Part shown: piece by piece, positions 13,001 through 25,622 of the stretch
Layout: every line of letters starts with the position of its first letter
Position numbering within the stretch: position 1 is the stretch's first letter
NCBI GenBank assembly: GCA_013239625.1
Contig: MU053472.1
Span: 3,383,822-3,447,821 of the forward strand
Reading direction: 5' to 3'
Length of the DNA: 64,000 nt
Origin: Lama guanicoe
Lineage: Eukaryota
Made by a program: the position numbers and the translations under genes
Notes under the pieces: generated by a model
Database searches by the model: none
Seen by the model: the letters and a program-made list of their open reading frames with translations, nothing else
What the model was told of the DNA's origin: nothing

Positions 13001-15008
13001 TTTTAAAATGTGATTTATGTAATATTTTTTAAACTAAAAACATAAGTGTAATTAATTTCAGATTCATAATCAGAAAGTAATGAACCATTTTAAATTTTAT
13101 ATCCAAAAGAATTTTTTATTTTAATCATAAAGGTGATAAGATTATAGAAAGCTTGGGAAATAGGAACCTGAAAGAGCCGTGTGTGTGTGTGTGTGTTCCT
13201 TTTAGTCTTTTTATTGTGATGTTTTTAGATTTCCCTTCATTTATCTCTAGTTCTCACACCAGCCAATATATGGCTTCACAGTCTTACAGAAGTTTCAGAA
13301 AAGGTTTAACACTGTCTAGGAGGTTGAGAGCCAATGGGAACATCAGTCACTGTATTGTTTAGGACATAAATTGTATGGACTGCTCTGTTTCTAAAAACGC
13401 TTTTCTCCGGCTGGCACGTTTGTGTTTTTTCCTCCATTGCTTTTCTGCAGCGCCTCTGCCCAACTAGAGCCCTTGCCTGAGTCCTTCTGGGCAGTTAAGT
13501 GTGTCTCGTTATGTGCATTTAAGAAAGCCTTCTCCAAAGGCCTCCCTCCTATTCAGTTTCTTTTGACCCAGTGATCCCATGGCAACTCTTATTTAGCTTA
13601 ATTGCCCACCCTGAATGCTCCAGCTCTAGGGTCACCCAGTTTAACAGCTGGCAGGGACAACTTTTTCATCTTTGGTTAACTTCCAGTTACTCATTTGGAA
13701 GATGGCTTGTCCAAATATGTATCATTCCTGACAGATTTTCACATTATTTTTTCCCTTGGTCCTAAAGCAGGATAAGAAAAGTCACAGATTTTGTGTGAGG
13801 GCCCTGCTTGCACCATGAAGCAGGGCACATCTCATCGGAGGTGTCATGACTGGGGGTCTTAGGCAGCATCCTACAGCTCAGCATAAGAGGGATGCTAAAC
13901 GCAGCTGCCCAGGACAAGAGTGCTTTCCTGCTGGTTACCACTTACAGTTTTGGGTCTCAGAGAAGAACCAGATTTGTTTGAAATATAAGAAAGGATCTTG
14001 CATAAGGTTATTTCTTGGACAAGCAAGAGTAGGTTTCCCTAAGGTATAATAGAAGACTGTTCTTTACTAATTGGTGTTACAATGACAGAGGACAAACTTG
14101 TAATGCAAAAAGGAAGTGAGCAGTTAAACACCTTATCATTCAGGCATTCATACTTGATAATTTGGTTATGTAGGTAAATTTCTGTTAAATTCAAATGAGC
14201 TCACATGGCGGTTCACTTAATTTCTTGCTGTGTGCTGCTACCTCAGAAACACGTTCCTTTTGAACTGATACATACCACAGGGGATTTTTTTTCAAGTATA
14301 AATAATACTTATCAAAATATTCCTTTTCTTTCATTTCCTTTTTTAGCAAACTCCTGCAAATATATGATTCTTTTAGGCCTTCATTCTTTTCCTCTTCTTA
14401 TTTCTTATATAAAATCATACTAAGTACTGTATGGATTTAAGTAGTTGGGAATTTAAGATTGTGAAGACTTAACTGTGAAATTTTTTCTAGGACTTAATGG
14501 TGGGGAGAGGAGGGTAGCAGTTCAGTGTATTCACTAGGTTTGCTTATTTTTTGGGTTTAATGACCATTCCCTTAGATGCAGGTGTCTTGCTTTCATCAGC
14601 TTTATTTCTGTCCCCCACATTGTCCTTTGTTTCTTTTTATCTCCTGTTACTCTTTTAAAAAGCATTTCTCCTGACAGACTGTCAACCACAGTTCACCTGA
14701 TTATTTCCTTTCTTTCTTCCTTTTCTTTTCTTTCCAAAAGGGGAAAGACTAAGTGAAAGGGAAAAACTGGCTGGAAGCAGTGTTTGAAGAATATAGTACT
14801 GCTGGGAGATTTGAGGAGTCAACACTTAGCCATTGGCAGGTCCTGTTCCTCGTCTATTTTAGGATACTAACCCCTGCCCCCAACGTTAAACTTATGGGGA
14901 AAACATGTAGAAGATAAGATACAGCTCTTCTGGGTTTTCTAGGGAGACAATAATAGTTATAGCAGCACTTAGCAAGCTTTTTTTTTTTTTTTTTAATGTT
15001 CCCACTTT

Positions 15009-15162
15009 AGCGGGGGAGGGGATAGCTCAAGTGGTAGAGCGCATGCTCAGCATGCATAAGGTCCTGGGTTCAATCCCCAGCACCTCCTCTAAAAATAAAT
15101 AAACAAACCTAATGACCCCCCCAAAAACAACAACAACAAAAAACCAAAACCAAAATAAATAA
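15009..15162 (+). mobile_element. tRNA-Ala-derived SINE (Vic-1-like, camelid), young copy
   Basis: tRNA-like head with A box TAGCTCAAGTGG (15023-15034), AGC anticodon loop and B box GGTTCAATCCC (15067-15077). A-rich tail. Perfect 14-bp TSD AATGTTCCCACTTT at 14995-15008 and 15163-15176. Confidence 0.9.
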
Positions 15163-15308
15163 AATGTTCCCACTTTCAAGTTTAAGAAAACTACCACCTC
15201 AGGATTTTATTTGCAGTTCTGACCTGAGGGAATCAGCCTGAATCCTAGCACAAAATAACTTCTCTTTGAATAAAAAGACAGATGACTAGTGGTTTTAAAT
15301 TGCTGGGT

Positions 15309-15314
15309 TTTATT
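15309..15314 (-). terminator. Likely distal polyadenylation signal of PPM1E
   Basis: TTTATT on + (AATAAA on -), with downstream tgtctttttatt on the - strand. Confidence 0.6.
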
Positions 15315-17559
15315 AAGATATTGGCAAAATTTCAACATACTTCTTACCTGAATGAACAGTTTTAATAAAATATGAAGGCTCACTCATGATTACAACTGAA
15401 CTCAAGTGAGCTGGAGAGAAGGTTTGTAAATTGATAAATTTACTTGGTAAGAAATGATTTACTTCATTCGCTCCACTCCATAGAGAATTCATTGCAGAGA
15501 AATGTCATGAACAAGAGAACAAAGCCTGTCTCACCAAAGAGCACCTAGAGTAAGAGTTAACAATGATGTATCTGGATTGCTTAATACATCAAAGTTTATT
15601 AGAGTATTTCCTTTTCCAGAACAACTGCTCTGTCAGTCTGGAGGTCCCTATCTTATTTCATAGTTTCTAATTAGTACAATAAATAGTCTTCAAAATAGAA
15701 GATAAAATGCTGCTGGAGGAAGTAACAATTATTTTTCAACACAGTACCATTTGTCTGGAAAATAGTCATGTTATAATACTGGCAGTATCTTGTTTTGAAA
15801 AAAAAAACACGTAAGCTAGTCACAGGTCAGAACAGAGGAGTGGTATTTGTCCTTTAACATCATGTGATTTTTGAAAAGTGAAAAAATTATGTTCTCTCTT
15901 TTGCTAACTTATGATCCGAAGAAAAACTGTCTCAAATTATATGACCAAAACTGTAGTATCCCTTTTTATGGCCTGGCTTAGGTGAGAATGATTAAACAAA
16001 TTATGTTTAAACATTAAAATAATAATTTTGATCACTTTCTCACAAAGCCTCAGCAAGCCTTTGATGTAGAAGGAAGTACTTGAATGACAGCAGTTTCATC
16101 TGTGAACACGGAACTTCCTTTATGCATCATTTCGTCTGCCCACTGGCTGTTGCATCTCTTACTGGCCACAGTGTTCCAGCAACGGAGTGTGGTTGTCATG
16201 AAGATGCAGCGTGACACTATACCACCACGTTGACATTGTACCACTATAAATGTGGTCAGAATCAGACTCAGTGTTGACGTTGACATTGTTGACGTTGTCC
16301 TTGGGGAAAGTGTTACTTTCAGGGATCCTCCTAATGAAATTAAATGCAACAGGAACTTTAATCTTATTAATTCAAGGACAATGGATGGCACTTTTAGGTA
16401 AAGGAAAGATATATACATGTGTTTCCACCATCCTCTTTAGTACAGCCCCAGTGTTTGGTGCTGTAATGTTGCTTAAACTCAGATATCCCTCAAAAGTACA
16501 CATTTAGAAAGTGAACAAAGGAAGCCTTTAAATTAGGGGCTGATGCCCTTTGAAACTCACAGTGAATGTACAAGGAGTTTGTACTGACTTCAGTTGGTGA
16601 CTTGAAGTCTGTTTCCCTAACCCTTACTACACTTTCTGTTTTATATTTATTTCACTATTTCCTATTTTAACAAAACTTTAGCAAGCAAACAGATTGATGC
16701 AGATCATGTTAAATTGTAAAAGGGATACTGCCACTGTTAGGAACTGAGTGTAGAACTTCCACCACCACTAAATTACACAATGAATAAAAGTACAAAACAC
16801 GTAATTCACAGACTATATACCTCAGCATTAACAGTTAATATATATTATATACTTTTATATCTGTCTAATATTTTTACAATCACCAGATACACCATCATTA
16901 AATACAAGTTACAGAAATGTGTAGATACCATTAGTTAGAGGGGTACTTATTGCTTACATCAGCAAGCAGCAAATAAGGGCACAGGATTTGAACTGAAGGG
17001 AACTATTTTCTATCACCAGTGGCATTAAGATATAACACTGCATTTCACAAAGCACTGCTTTTTATCTAGTTTATAGAACCAAGAGCAGCATATATCAGAC
17101 CAATAACCACTACTTAAAATGTATTCTAGAATTTTAAAGGACCTACCTTACAAATGGTACCTATCTACTCTATAAATATGCATGTTGTGAACAAATGAAT
17201 AGTTGCTTTTTTTTTTTTACAATATTGGCTTAAAACTTGACCACACTAGAACTACTTTGCTTTATTTTCTAGAGGGCTACTAGTATGAGAAATGGAGTTA
17301 ACACTGCTTATTAGTCACACCTACAAAATTCAGACCCTTAAAGATGTAGTCTGTTTGTCCCAATTTCATCCAACCATTTTTCCCCACTGGAAAAAAACCT
17401 ATTACTTGTACACCTTCTTTCCTTTCGCTTTCTTTATTTTGATCAAAATCATTAGCAGTCGACAACTATAAGAAAATCTTTCCAAGAATTTTTTTTAATT
17501 TAAGTGCTTTGGACTATAATATATACCAATGTTCTGCCTCTGTTTTCTTGTTTCCTTAG

Positions 17560-17812
17560 ATAATTTGATTTGAAACTGACACTGCACCTGATGGGTTGTT
17601 AACAAGATCTAGGCTTCAGAAAATGACAGATGTGAGTGAGGTCCAGGTATGGGGGCAAAGCCTCGGGATGGTGAGAAGATTCTGGTACTATAGTTGGAGC
17701 CATGTTTACGCCCTCCTTTTCAGCCATGTGTCACGAGACGTGAGAAGAGAAATACTGAAAAGCTCTACGTACATCCAAATTTTTAAAAATAAAATCTGTA
17801 GATTAACAATCT
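17560..17812 (+). other. TRIM37: TRIM37 distal alternative terminal exon (isoform b type), antisense within the PPM1E 3'UTR
   Basis: Strong acceptor ctctgttttcttgtttccttag|ATAA. Splicing from donor AG|gtaatt at 2937/2938 gives AG+A TAA = Arg-stop. AATAAA at 17788-17793. Consistent with recalled human TRIM37 variants that have alternative stop/3'UTR but the same protein. Confidence 0.8.
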
Positions 17813-19404
17813 GACTATTGCTAAAGTGGAGCTGTTTTTCTTTATTTGATATCGCTACCCTGGCACCCAGAAATGTGCTAGTCCTCTGTGTTTTTAAAAT
17901 CTAGGGATTTTAGTCCTTCATTATGGGTCTGGGGAACATAACGTAATTGTATTGGTATTACGTGAACACACAATTGTCAGTGGACATTTCTCAGCAAGAG
18001 CATTTAGTGCCTCCCAGCAGGAAGAGGGAGTGAGCAGGACAGCAGGCCGCTCCTGGGCACTGGCGTGGCTGCTCCGTGCCTGACTGGGGAGGGTAAACTG
18101 TCATGTGGAGACAGACACGATTCTCAGAGAATCAGGCTGCCTCACCAAATGAATCTGATTATTAGTTTGTTTGCTGCGTCTAGTTACAGATACGCTTCTG
18201 ACTTGAAACTGCACAAGTGGCAAAAAGCGGACAATTTCAAAATGTCAAATGTAAATAAATATTGAAATGAAAAACACATGTCCTGTCTGTGCGGTCTGAA
18301 GCTGCAGGTAGTAGCAGGACTGAGTTACAGCTGAACAGACCTCATTTCAGTGATCTGCATTCTCTTGGCACTTGGCCTCTGGGCTCATATAGGCAGTACT
18401 TTCAGCCTTTTCCACACCAATTAGTTCATTACCTTGGGGGAAACAATTTTAGAGAAGTTAAAACTAGTATTTTTCATTCTCCAAAACCCCTGATTTTATT
18501 GTAGTATATGCCTTTGCTGTCTGTGAACTTTAAAAAAAAAAAGGCAGAAAACATAGAAACACTTCGATTTTCTTTTAAAATGGCAATTTGATTCTGGTAT
18601 ATTTGTACCTGAAATCATCTCCATTAAACAAGTTTTATTCCTGAGATGAAGGTACAGTGAAAAACACATTAGCATCATAGGTTAAAACCAGCTGACAGAG
18701 GTCTTCTAAAATAATAAGTAATTCTGTCAAAAGCACCGTAACAGGTAATAAAACTCCCAGATAGCTAACAGCCCTAGGAAATACTTTTTAATTCAAAAAA
18801 TTTTCAGTCTTATGGTACAGAAAACAAAACTAGTGAATCCGTTTGACTGTATACCGCTTCAAAAGTCAGAATATGACATTTTTACCCTAGTTTTCTGCTT
18901 TCATTGTTACCAGTTAAAACCCATATGGCTTTTAGACCTACCTACCCAAAAAAGGGGGAGAGGTTTTTCCCTCATAGTCCCCAGTCTTTTGAGGAACATT
19001 CCCCAACTTGATCAAATTCTGCATTAAGTTTTCCAGAGAGATAGGCACATCAGACCAGCTTTCACCTGCACTGAGATTTCAACACTATATGTATCCTGGC
19101 TGAAATAACTAACTCTTTAAGCCTCCACTAGTGACGTGAAGGGGTCACAGGGTGGGGGTTGTCTGTAGGTATGGAGACACATCACAGGGACCAGTTGTGT
19201 AATTTTGCTAGTGAAACTGCCAATACTTTATTAGATTGAAAACACTGTATTGAGTTTCCTAGAGATCTATTTACATTTAAGAATTGAACCATCCATGGTT
19301 TCATAATGAAGCACACATATTTCAGAAATGTCTACCTTGTTTCTACTCTGATGGTGATATTTTTATTGGGGGAGAGCTAGCTAGCCTACTTTAAAGAGAA
19401 AGTA

Positions 19405-20462
19405 TTATATTTTAAAGCTCCAGGGAAGATCTGGGTATGGAATATCATTCTTTTTGAACTTTCTTGTCATGATTTCACTGTACCCTTTCCAACTATTTTG
19501 CCTCCATGGCAGAGAACTTCTTAACATCCTATTTCTCTTCCCACTTCGAGTAAGTGAGGTCAGGCTAGCGCCTATTTTGTGGGAAGGCTCTCGAGCAGAG
19601 AGAAATGAATAAAACTTTGGATTAAACTTGAATCCGTGCCGCCTCTCTGAGTAGTGGTAGCGTACATGAGACAATCTAGAAACTCTCTTTCCCAGGAATT
19701 TGAGCTGTTCATTTTCCAACCTAGAACAGACAGGAGACCAGCTCTCCATTCTGCATATCTGTTGCCCTGTTGAACCCAAATTAAAAGAAGAGGGAACCTC
19801 TCCAGCACCACTCCATTCAGGCAATGATGATTGAACTGGTTTTTCCTCCATTATTAGCTCATTAATAAGATTTGCTTTCTTTGGTGCATCAGGACCAAGC
19901 ATCTCAACTGGTGGCAAAAACTGGGCACTGTGAGGTTTGCTTGCTTCTATTTGTGTGAGATCTAGGTAGCCTGGGTCTTCCAGCACGTTGATTTGGGACC
20001 CTGGGCTCAGGCTGGTTCTATCAGTGAATGAATCCACGCGCCCATCATAGCCTAGATCAGCAGGTGCTGAGCACTGGTGCTGCGGCCAAGGGCGTTTGCA
20101 CTCTCCATGATTCTCCTTATCATCCCCACCATCTTCTTGCCCTCCTTGAAAAGAGTTCTCTGTCCAATCTGATTCCTCACTAACATTTACAGCTTTGTTC
20201 ATGTCCCTCAGGAATACCACAATAACAGTGATGTTATCACTTGACCCAGCATCACGAGCTGATGCCACTAATTTGTGGGCCACCATGCTGCTGTCTCCAT
20301 TATTCTCTTTCAAGTGATCAGACACAACTTTCACTGCCTCATCAGGGTTCACGGTGTCATAGAAGCCATCACAGGCCAGAATGAGGTAGTCTTCAGTTCC
20401 ATCTAAAACAGTAGAGGCAGAATCTGCATCCCCACAGATATATGGCTTATGTTCGGCATCTC
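19405..20462 (-). CDS. PPM1E: PPM1E exon 7 coding part (end of the PP2C domain plus long C-terminal tail)
   Basis: Acceptor ttctaattcccgcag|GA. Encodes [36 protein letters not shown]...[11 protein letters not shown]...PDLPWSFKI*. The frame is open for 1058 nt, and all six exons join in frame with GT-AG sites. Confidence 0.97.
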
Positions 20463-22684
20463 CTGCGGGAATTAGAAAATAGGTCAGATTTTGGTTTATC
20501 GTGCATGTAGGAATATTTATGGGCAGCTCAAATGTCCGACGCAGAGAAGGGCCCTCGGATGAGGAACAGCATTAGCAAAGACAGGCAACTGCTAGGGAGT
20601 GGTCTCTAGCTGAACACCGGGTGCTTGGGGTGGCTGCAGACTAGAGACCTCGGGCTCAGCTAAGCTAGGTTTCTACCACCAGACAACTGAGATAACTGAT
20701 TGTCTGCACTGCACTGTGGAACTTCCAGATCCATTAACTGTTCACATTCATCGTTTTCCTTTAGTGCTTGGAGAGAGCCTTAGCAGAAGGGTCCTCAGTC
20801 TGCTTGGTAACCAAGTAACTTATTACTACAAGGGATACTCATTTACTTCTTTACATAAAAAACAAGAGTACTGAGCAATAGTTCCTACCTCGATTAGGAT
20901 ATCATCATTCATTGGTAAACAGTAGTTTTTGGGTTTTGCTTTTTTTTTTTTTAACAAAGTGCTTTATCATTCTTAAAGTAGTGGCATATAGCTTAGTGGT
21001 TAAGGATGCAAGCACTGTCAGACTGCCCAGATCTGGATCCTAGCATTTGTTACTTACAAACCCTGTTCAATTACTGTCTTTTTTATTGTAGTAAAACTGA
21101 ACTTTTTGTTTGACTGGGGAAGATAAAATGAAGATAATTATACTTACTTAAATGATGTGGCCATATTATCATTGTTTCTGGTATGTGTTACAGGTTTTCT
21201 CCTACCCAAGTAAAGTTCTCTCCAACATTTCACATCGCTGTTTAATCCTCAGATGGGCCCAGAAGTGCACTGGGAACCTATAGATAACTCTGCCTGGAAC
21301 CACCACGGGCACATGCCTCTCCAGCAGGGTGCATGATGGGATACCCTGAACTTAATATTTAATGACCTAGGTTAGTTTATCTATAAGGTAAGAAACTCCT
21401 CTTTTTTCTTACACTGGCCAGAACCATCTTCCTCAAGTATGGTATTGATTTCGTCAACTTCACTTGTATACTATGACACCTCCCAATAGCCTGTTAAAGC
21501 TAATTAAAACTTCCCAGGCACAGGAATTCAGTGTCCTCCACCAATCCACTTTACTAAATTTCTTCATCCCCTAATCCACTTGACTGTATTATTATCATCA
21601 TTATTTTCTGAATTCCAGTTCTAAAAATAAATGTGATCTGAGTCATACTGTTCCCAAAAATCTTGTTTTAGTGCTTCAATTAAAAGGCTACTGCAACTGT
21701 TAGTTTGGAACAGAACATACAAAGATTTGCACAGAGAAAATGCTGCCAAAATTCTGGCTTTTCACCTGCTCTACTGCTGATGTCAAATTCATGGCATTTC
21801 GCCCCCAAATTTGGTAGGAGGGCATGATTATCCATTTCATGGTAGAAATGGCACCATCCTTTTGTCTTCAACCTCCTCTCTCCATATGCTAGGAAACATA
21901 TCATGCCTCTGTCACCTTTGGATCATAAATCTGAAGGGCTCATGGGGAGACACAGTTGAAAAGCTTTTTATTTTTAAAGTGTTAAGCGTCACTTATTTTC
22001 TAAATAGAGCTGAACTCTGCTCAGGAGTCCTTTTTCTTGTCCCTCTTTAGCCCCTTATTTTGTTCCATGAGCTTCCTAAATCTTTCTCATATTCATCTCC
22101 TTCCAATTAAGCTACTGGATTTTGGTAAGATGACCTCATTTCCTACTTCAAAGAAAATTAAGTTTATCAGGCCTGAATTCCCTCAATTCCTACCCACCCT
22201 CACCCGCAGTGTTTTAAAAACTCTTCAGAGATCCACTCATCCGCAGCCATTGTCTCAGAGCTGACCTGTGCGGTTGGACCTGTCTCTCTGTGACTCTGGT
22301 TTCTCTTTCTCTCTCACTGTCAATTTCTCTTCCACTTGCTCTCTCCTTTTAGCCTAAAACAGTGCCCTGATCTAAAATCTCATCCTAAAAACATAAAACA
22401 ATGAAAGCAACCATTTTGCAAATCAGGTTTTCCCTCGAATGACCGCAGTATTTCCCTTCACCACCAAATAGCCAAAGGAATGAAATCTATACGTGTTCCT
22501 ATTTTCAAAAGCCTGAATTTTTAACCCACATCTCACTTGACCTCTGTAGCACTTGATCCTGGTGATTACTCACTCCTAGAAGCTCCCTCCCCTTAGCATC
22601 TGTGATACCCCATTTCTGTGTGTCTCTCTGATTTTCTTGACTGGCTCCTTCACTTCATAATGGCACCGATAATCACTGACTGAC

Positions 22685-22875
22685 TTTGCCAGGCAGGGTT
22701 CTTAAGTGTGGTGCCTGTATTATATATCATTTAGTACAAAAACTATGAATTAGATACTGCTACTATTCCCACTTTACAAAGGAACAAATAGACACAGAGA
22801 AGTTATGTAAATTTCCCAAGGCCTGCAGCTGGTAAAGTGGCAGAGCCAAGAGAACAGACCCAGAGAGCACGACTT
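22685..22875. mobile_element. MIR SINE remnant within L2-derived sequence
   Basis: tattcccactttacaaaggaacaaatagacacagagaagttatgtaaatttcccaagg...gctggtaaagtggcagagcca. Confidence 0.65.
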
Positions 22876-22974
22876 CATGTTATTCTACCGTAAGTAAGTA
22901 ATGAGGCTCATCCTTGGTCTCGCTTCACATTACATGTTCCTGGGTAATGTCATCCAGGCCTATAGTTTCAACTC

Positions 22975-23007
22975 GTGTGTGTATGTATGTGTGTGTGTAT
23001 ATATATA

Positions 23008-23039
<32 letters not shown>
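22975..23039. repeat. Compound (TG)n/(TA)n microsatellite
   Basis: Alternating TG and TA runs. Confidence 0.92.
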
Positions 23040-25145
23040 AAATCACTTCACAGGGTGCTAATATTATTGCCAAAATGGGATGAATTCCCAAATCTGTCCA
23101 ACTCAGAGCTCTCTGCTAAGCTCCGGATCTGTATTTCCAACTGCATATAAATTGTGTCTTCTAAGACATCCCATAGGTACCTAGAATATAAAATATGTGC
23201 AAAGTGAACTCATTGCTGCCCTCCTCCCTGCCCCCCAAACCACTGCTGCTGCTTTATTGCAAATGTTTTATCACATTCTCAGTCACGTAAGTTAGAAACC
23301 TGGAAGTTAACATTCCTCTTCCCCCACAGTGTCAGTTCTGTCTCGTCAATTTATACCCTCCTCTGTATCCCTTCTCAGCTGTCCTCATCTCTAACAAAAC
23401 AGCCTCCTGAATGATCTCTCATCAAGGCTTTCTACTCCAGTTTGTCTTCCATAGTCATTACAGATATTTATAAACACAAGCCTGTCCTTGTGGGCCTCTA
23501 CTTATTCACCTGATAGAGTCCGGACTACTCAGCCTGGCATCTAAGCTCCTTCGTAGTCTGTTGCCAACACTTACCTCGTAGCACTCCCACCCTCTGCCCT
23601 GGCCTCCGCTGCTTGTCGCTGTTCCTAGAACAAGACGGGCCCTGTAGATGCCCATGTGTTTGTACTCCCTACACCTTCATGTCCTCTAAACACTGTCCTC
23701 CATGTGCAACTCAGAAGTCACTTCCTCTCTGAAGTCGGCCTTGTTCTCTCTTAGGTTGTCATTTATTCAAGGACATTCCTTCCCTGCTTTAGTTTCCCCG
23801 TGTGTCATATTTTTAGAAACAAGAAAAGGCAAGTATTCGCTAGTAAAGTTGATTCTATACCAAGCATTAAAAATACCTCTCAATACTCTTAACAAAGACA
23901 GTAAGATCAAGAGAATTGGTCTTTGGCTGGAGTTGTCAAAAATAATTCTATATGAGGGTGTGTTTTAGAAATCAGAAATTTCCCCCTTTTGGCCTTAGTC
24001 CAGAGTCCCTAATAACCCCCTCAGTCTAAGGTGAAGCCAGCTCTCCATTTCTCAGGTGGTATTTGCAGAATCTTTGAGCTTCCTCTTTCTCTCTCAGCCT
24101 TCTGCTCACATTTGGGCCACTTCACAGCTTGCCAGCACCTTCCCAAGGAGTGAGAGGGGAATCATATCAGTGGTGCAAGTAAACCAGTCCTTTGAAATTT
24201 TGTTAATGTTCTGGAATTTTTTGGTAATGATAAGCAAAATTTGGGGATTAGATGTCAATTCCATTTATCCATGTTTATCACTATGTCAAACTACTCCATT
24301 ACCTAGGAGGCAGTGACAAACAACTGCAGGATATATGCATGTCACCCACAGAGACACACACACTGATATATTCTTTCTAAAAAACAGAAAGTGAAGCTAA
24401 GCCATGAAGCCTAAAATAATAAACTCAGGCACCAAAGTGAAACAGACAGAAACAGGACTATAGCTCCGTTTTTTGAACTTATACCCTTGCATTTTGTCCA
24501 GTCAACTTAGCTGTTTACTCTATAAATTTTAGATAAAGAGTTTCATTGACTCCCCTCCTTTTGAAGAATTTAGTTCCCAGGGAGGCAGATTCTTTGAAAC
24601 CCCAGGGTTATCTGACAACATACATTCCACATACAGTATAATTAGTTTTCTCATTTTAATACAGTAAAAATTATTTTCATCTAAAGAGCATGTTTTTCCG
24701 ATGAATTTATTCTCTATTCTTTATTACACTTTAGAATTAATTGAAAAAATTAAAGATACAAGGTAAAAAAGTATGGGGGGACTTCCATTTTTCTGGAAAA
24801 AACTATTAAAAGCTAAATATGACCCAAAATGGAATGAAGAATGAGGATCACTATGGTTTTAAGCAGATTTGTGTACCAAAGATTTAAAGGATTCTATTAA
24901 AAAAAAGACAGAAACTAGTAAATTCTGTATTTCTTAATATACTTTCCCTTTTAATAATGGAATTTATATGAGTAGGTTAATTAAATAATTAAAAGAGGGA
25001 TTATCTGATTGTTATTTTATACATTACTAAACACTCTGAAAATGTAAGTTATTATCTCAGGTTCCCTTGTTGTATCAGATTAATATAAGACAATGTGCTA
25101 GAAGAGGACAGTTTGGAGAAACAAAAATTAATTGGTTTTTCCTAC

Positions 25146-25239
25146 CAATAGCTCTGGAGACCGACAAACTTCCATTCACCCTCCAGGCACCAAACCAGAC
25201 TACACAACCTCCAAGGGCCTCAATTCGCTGCTTTTCATC
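25146..25239 (-). CDS. PPM1E: PPM1E exon 6 (94 nt)
   Basis: Acceptor tgtgtag| and donor G|gtagg. Encodes [31 protein letters not shown](G). Confidence 0.96.
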
Positions 25240-25478
25240 CTACACAGCAATGCAAGAGAAAGAAGCAAATAATTGGGTTCAGGATTTATTCATCTACCTT
25301 AACAGTACACAACAGATAACGATACTCATCAGCTTCCCGGGAAGGGTTCTCTTTAATTTTCCTTTCGAAGTTGGGCATGGTTGCTGAGTGACTGGTGATA
25401 ATTATAATAATTAAGTGAAATTAGTAATGAGAAAACTGCCTTTGTGGCATGCACCTTAACAGAACAGACCATACTTAC

Positions 25479-25622
25479 CTCTCTGTCCGGTTTGTGTGGC
25501 TTCATTAGTTCAACAGCTTGGCCCTTTCTCACAAGCATAACCTGGGAATCACCCACCCAGGCCACATGAAGCATGTTGCCTCTGATAAACGTCACCACTC
25601 CTGTGGTCCCACATCTTAAACT
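25479..25622 (-). CDS. PPM1E: PPM1E exon 5 (144 nt)
   Basis: Acceptor attttcag| and donor GAG|gtaagt. Encodes [48 protein letters not shown] (GTT, GDS and HKP motifs). Confidence 0.96.

Larger units (their letters stand above)
15290..19404 (-). other. PPM1E: PPM1E long 3'UTR (~4.1 kb)
   Basis: No recognisable interspersed repeat between the stop and a minus-strand AATAAA at 15309-15314, which is followed by a U/GU-rich tract. The end position is inferred. Confidence 0.7.

Noticed and set aside
14480..14500. Another possible TRIM37 acceptor (ttttttctag|GACTTAA, giving R-T-stop)
   Set aside because: Short pyrimidine tract and no independent support; the 17559 acceptor explains the isoform better
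15012..15087. Functional tRNA-Ala(AGC) gene
   Set aside because: It has an A-rich tail, a perfect TSD, an altered B box, imperfect stems and related dispersed copies, so it is a SINE
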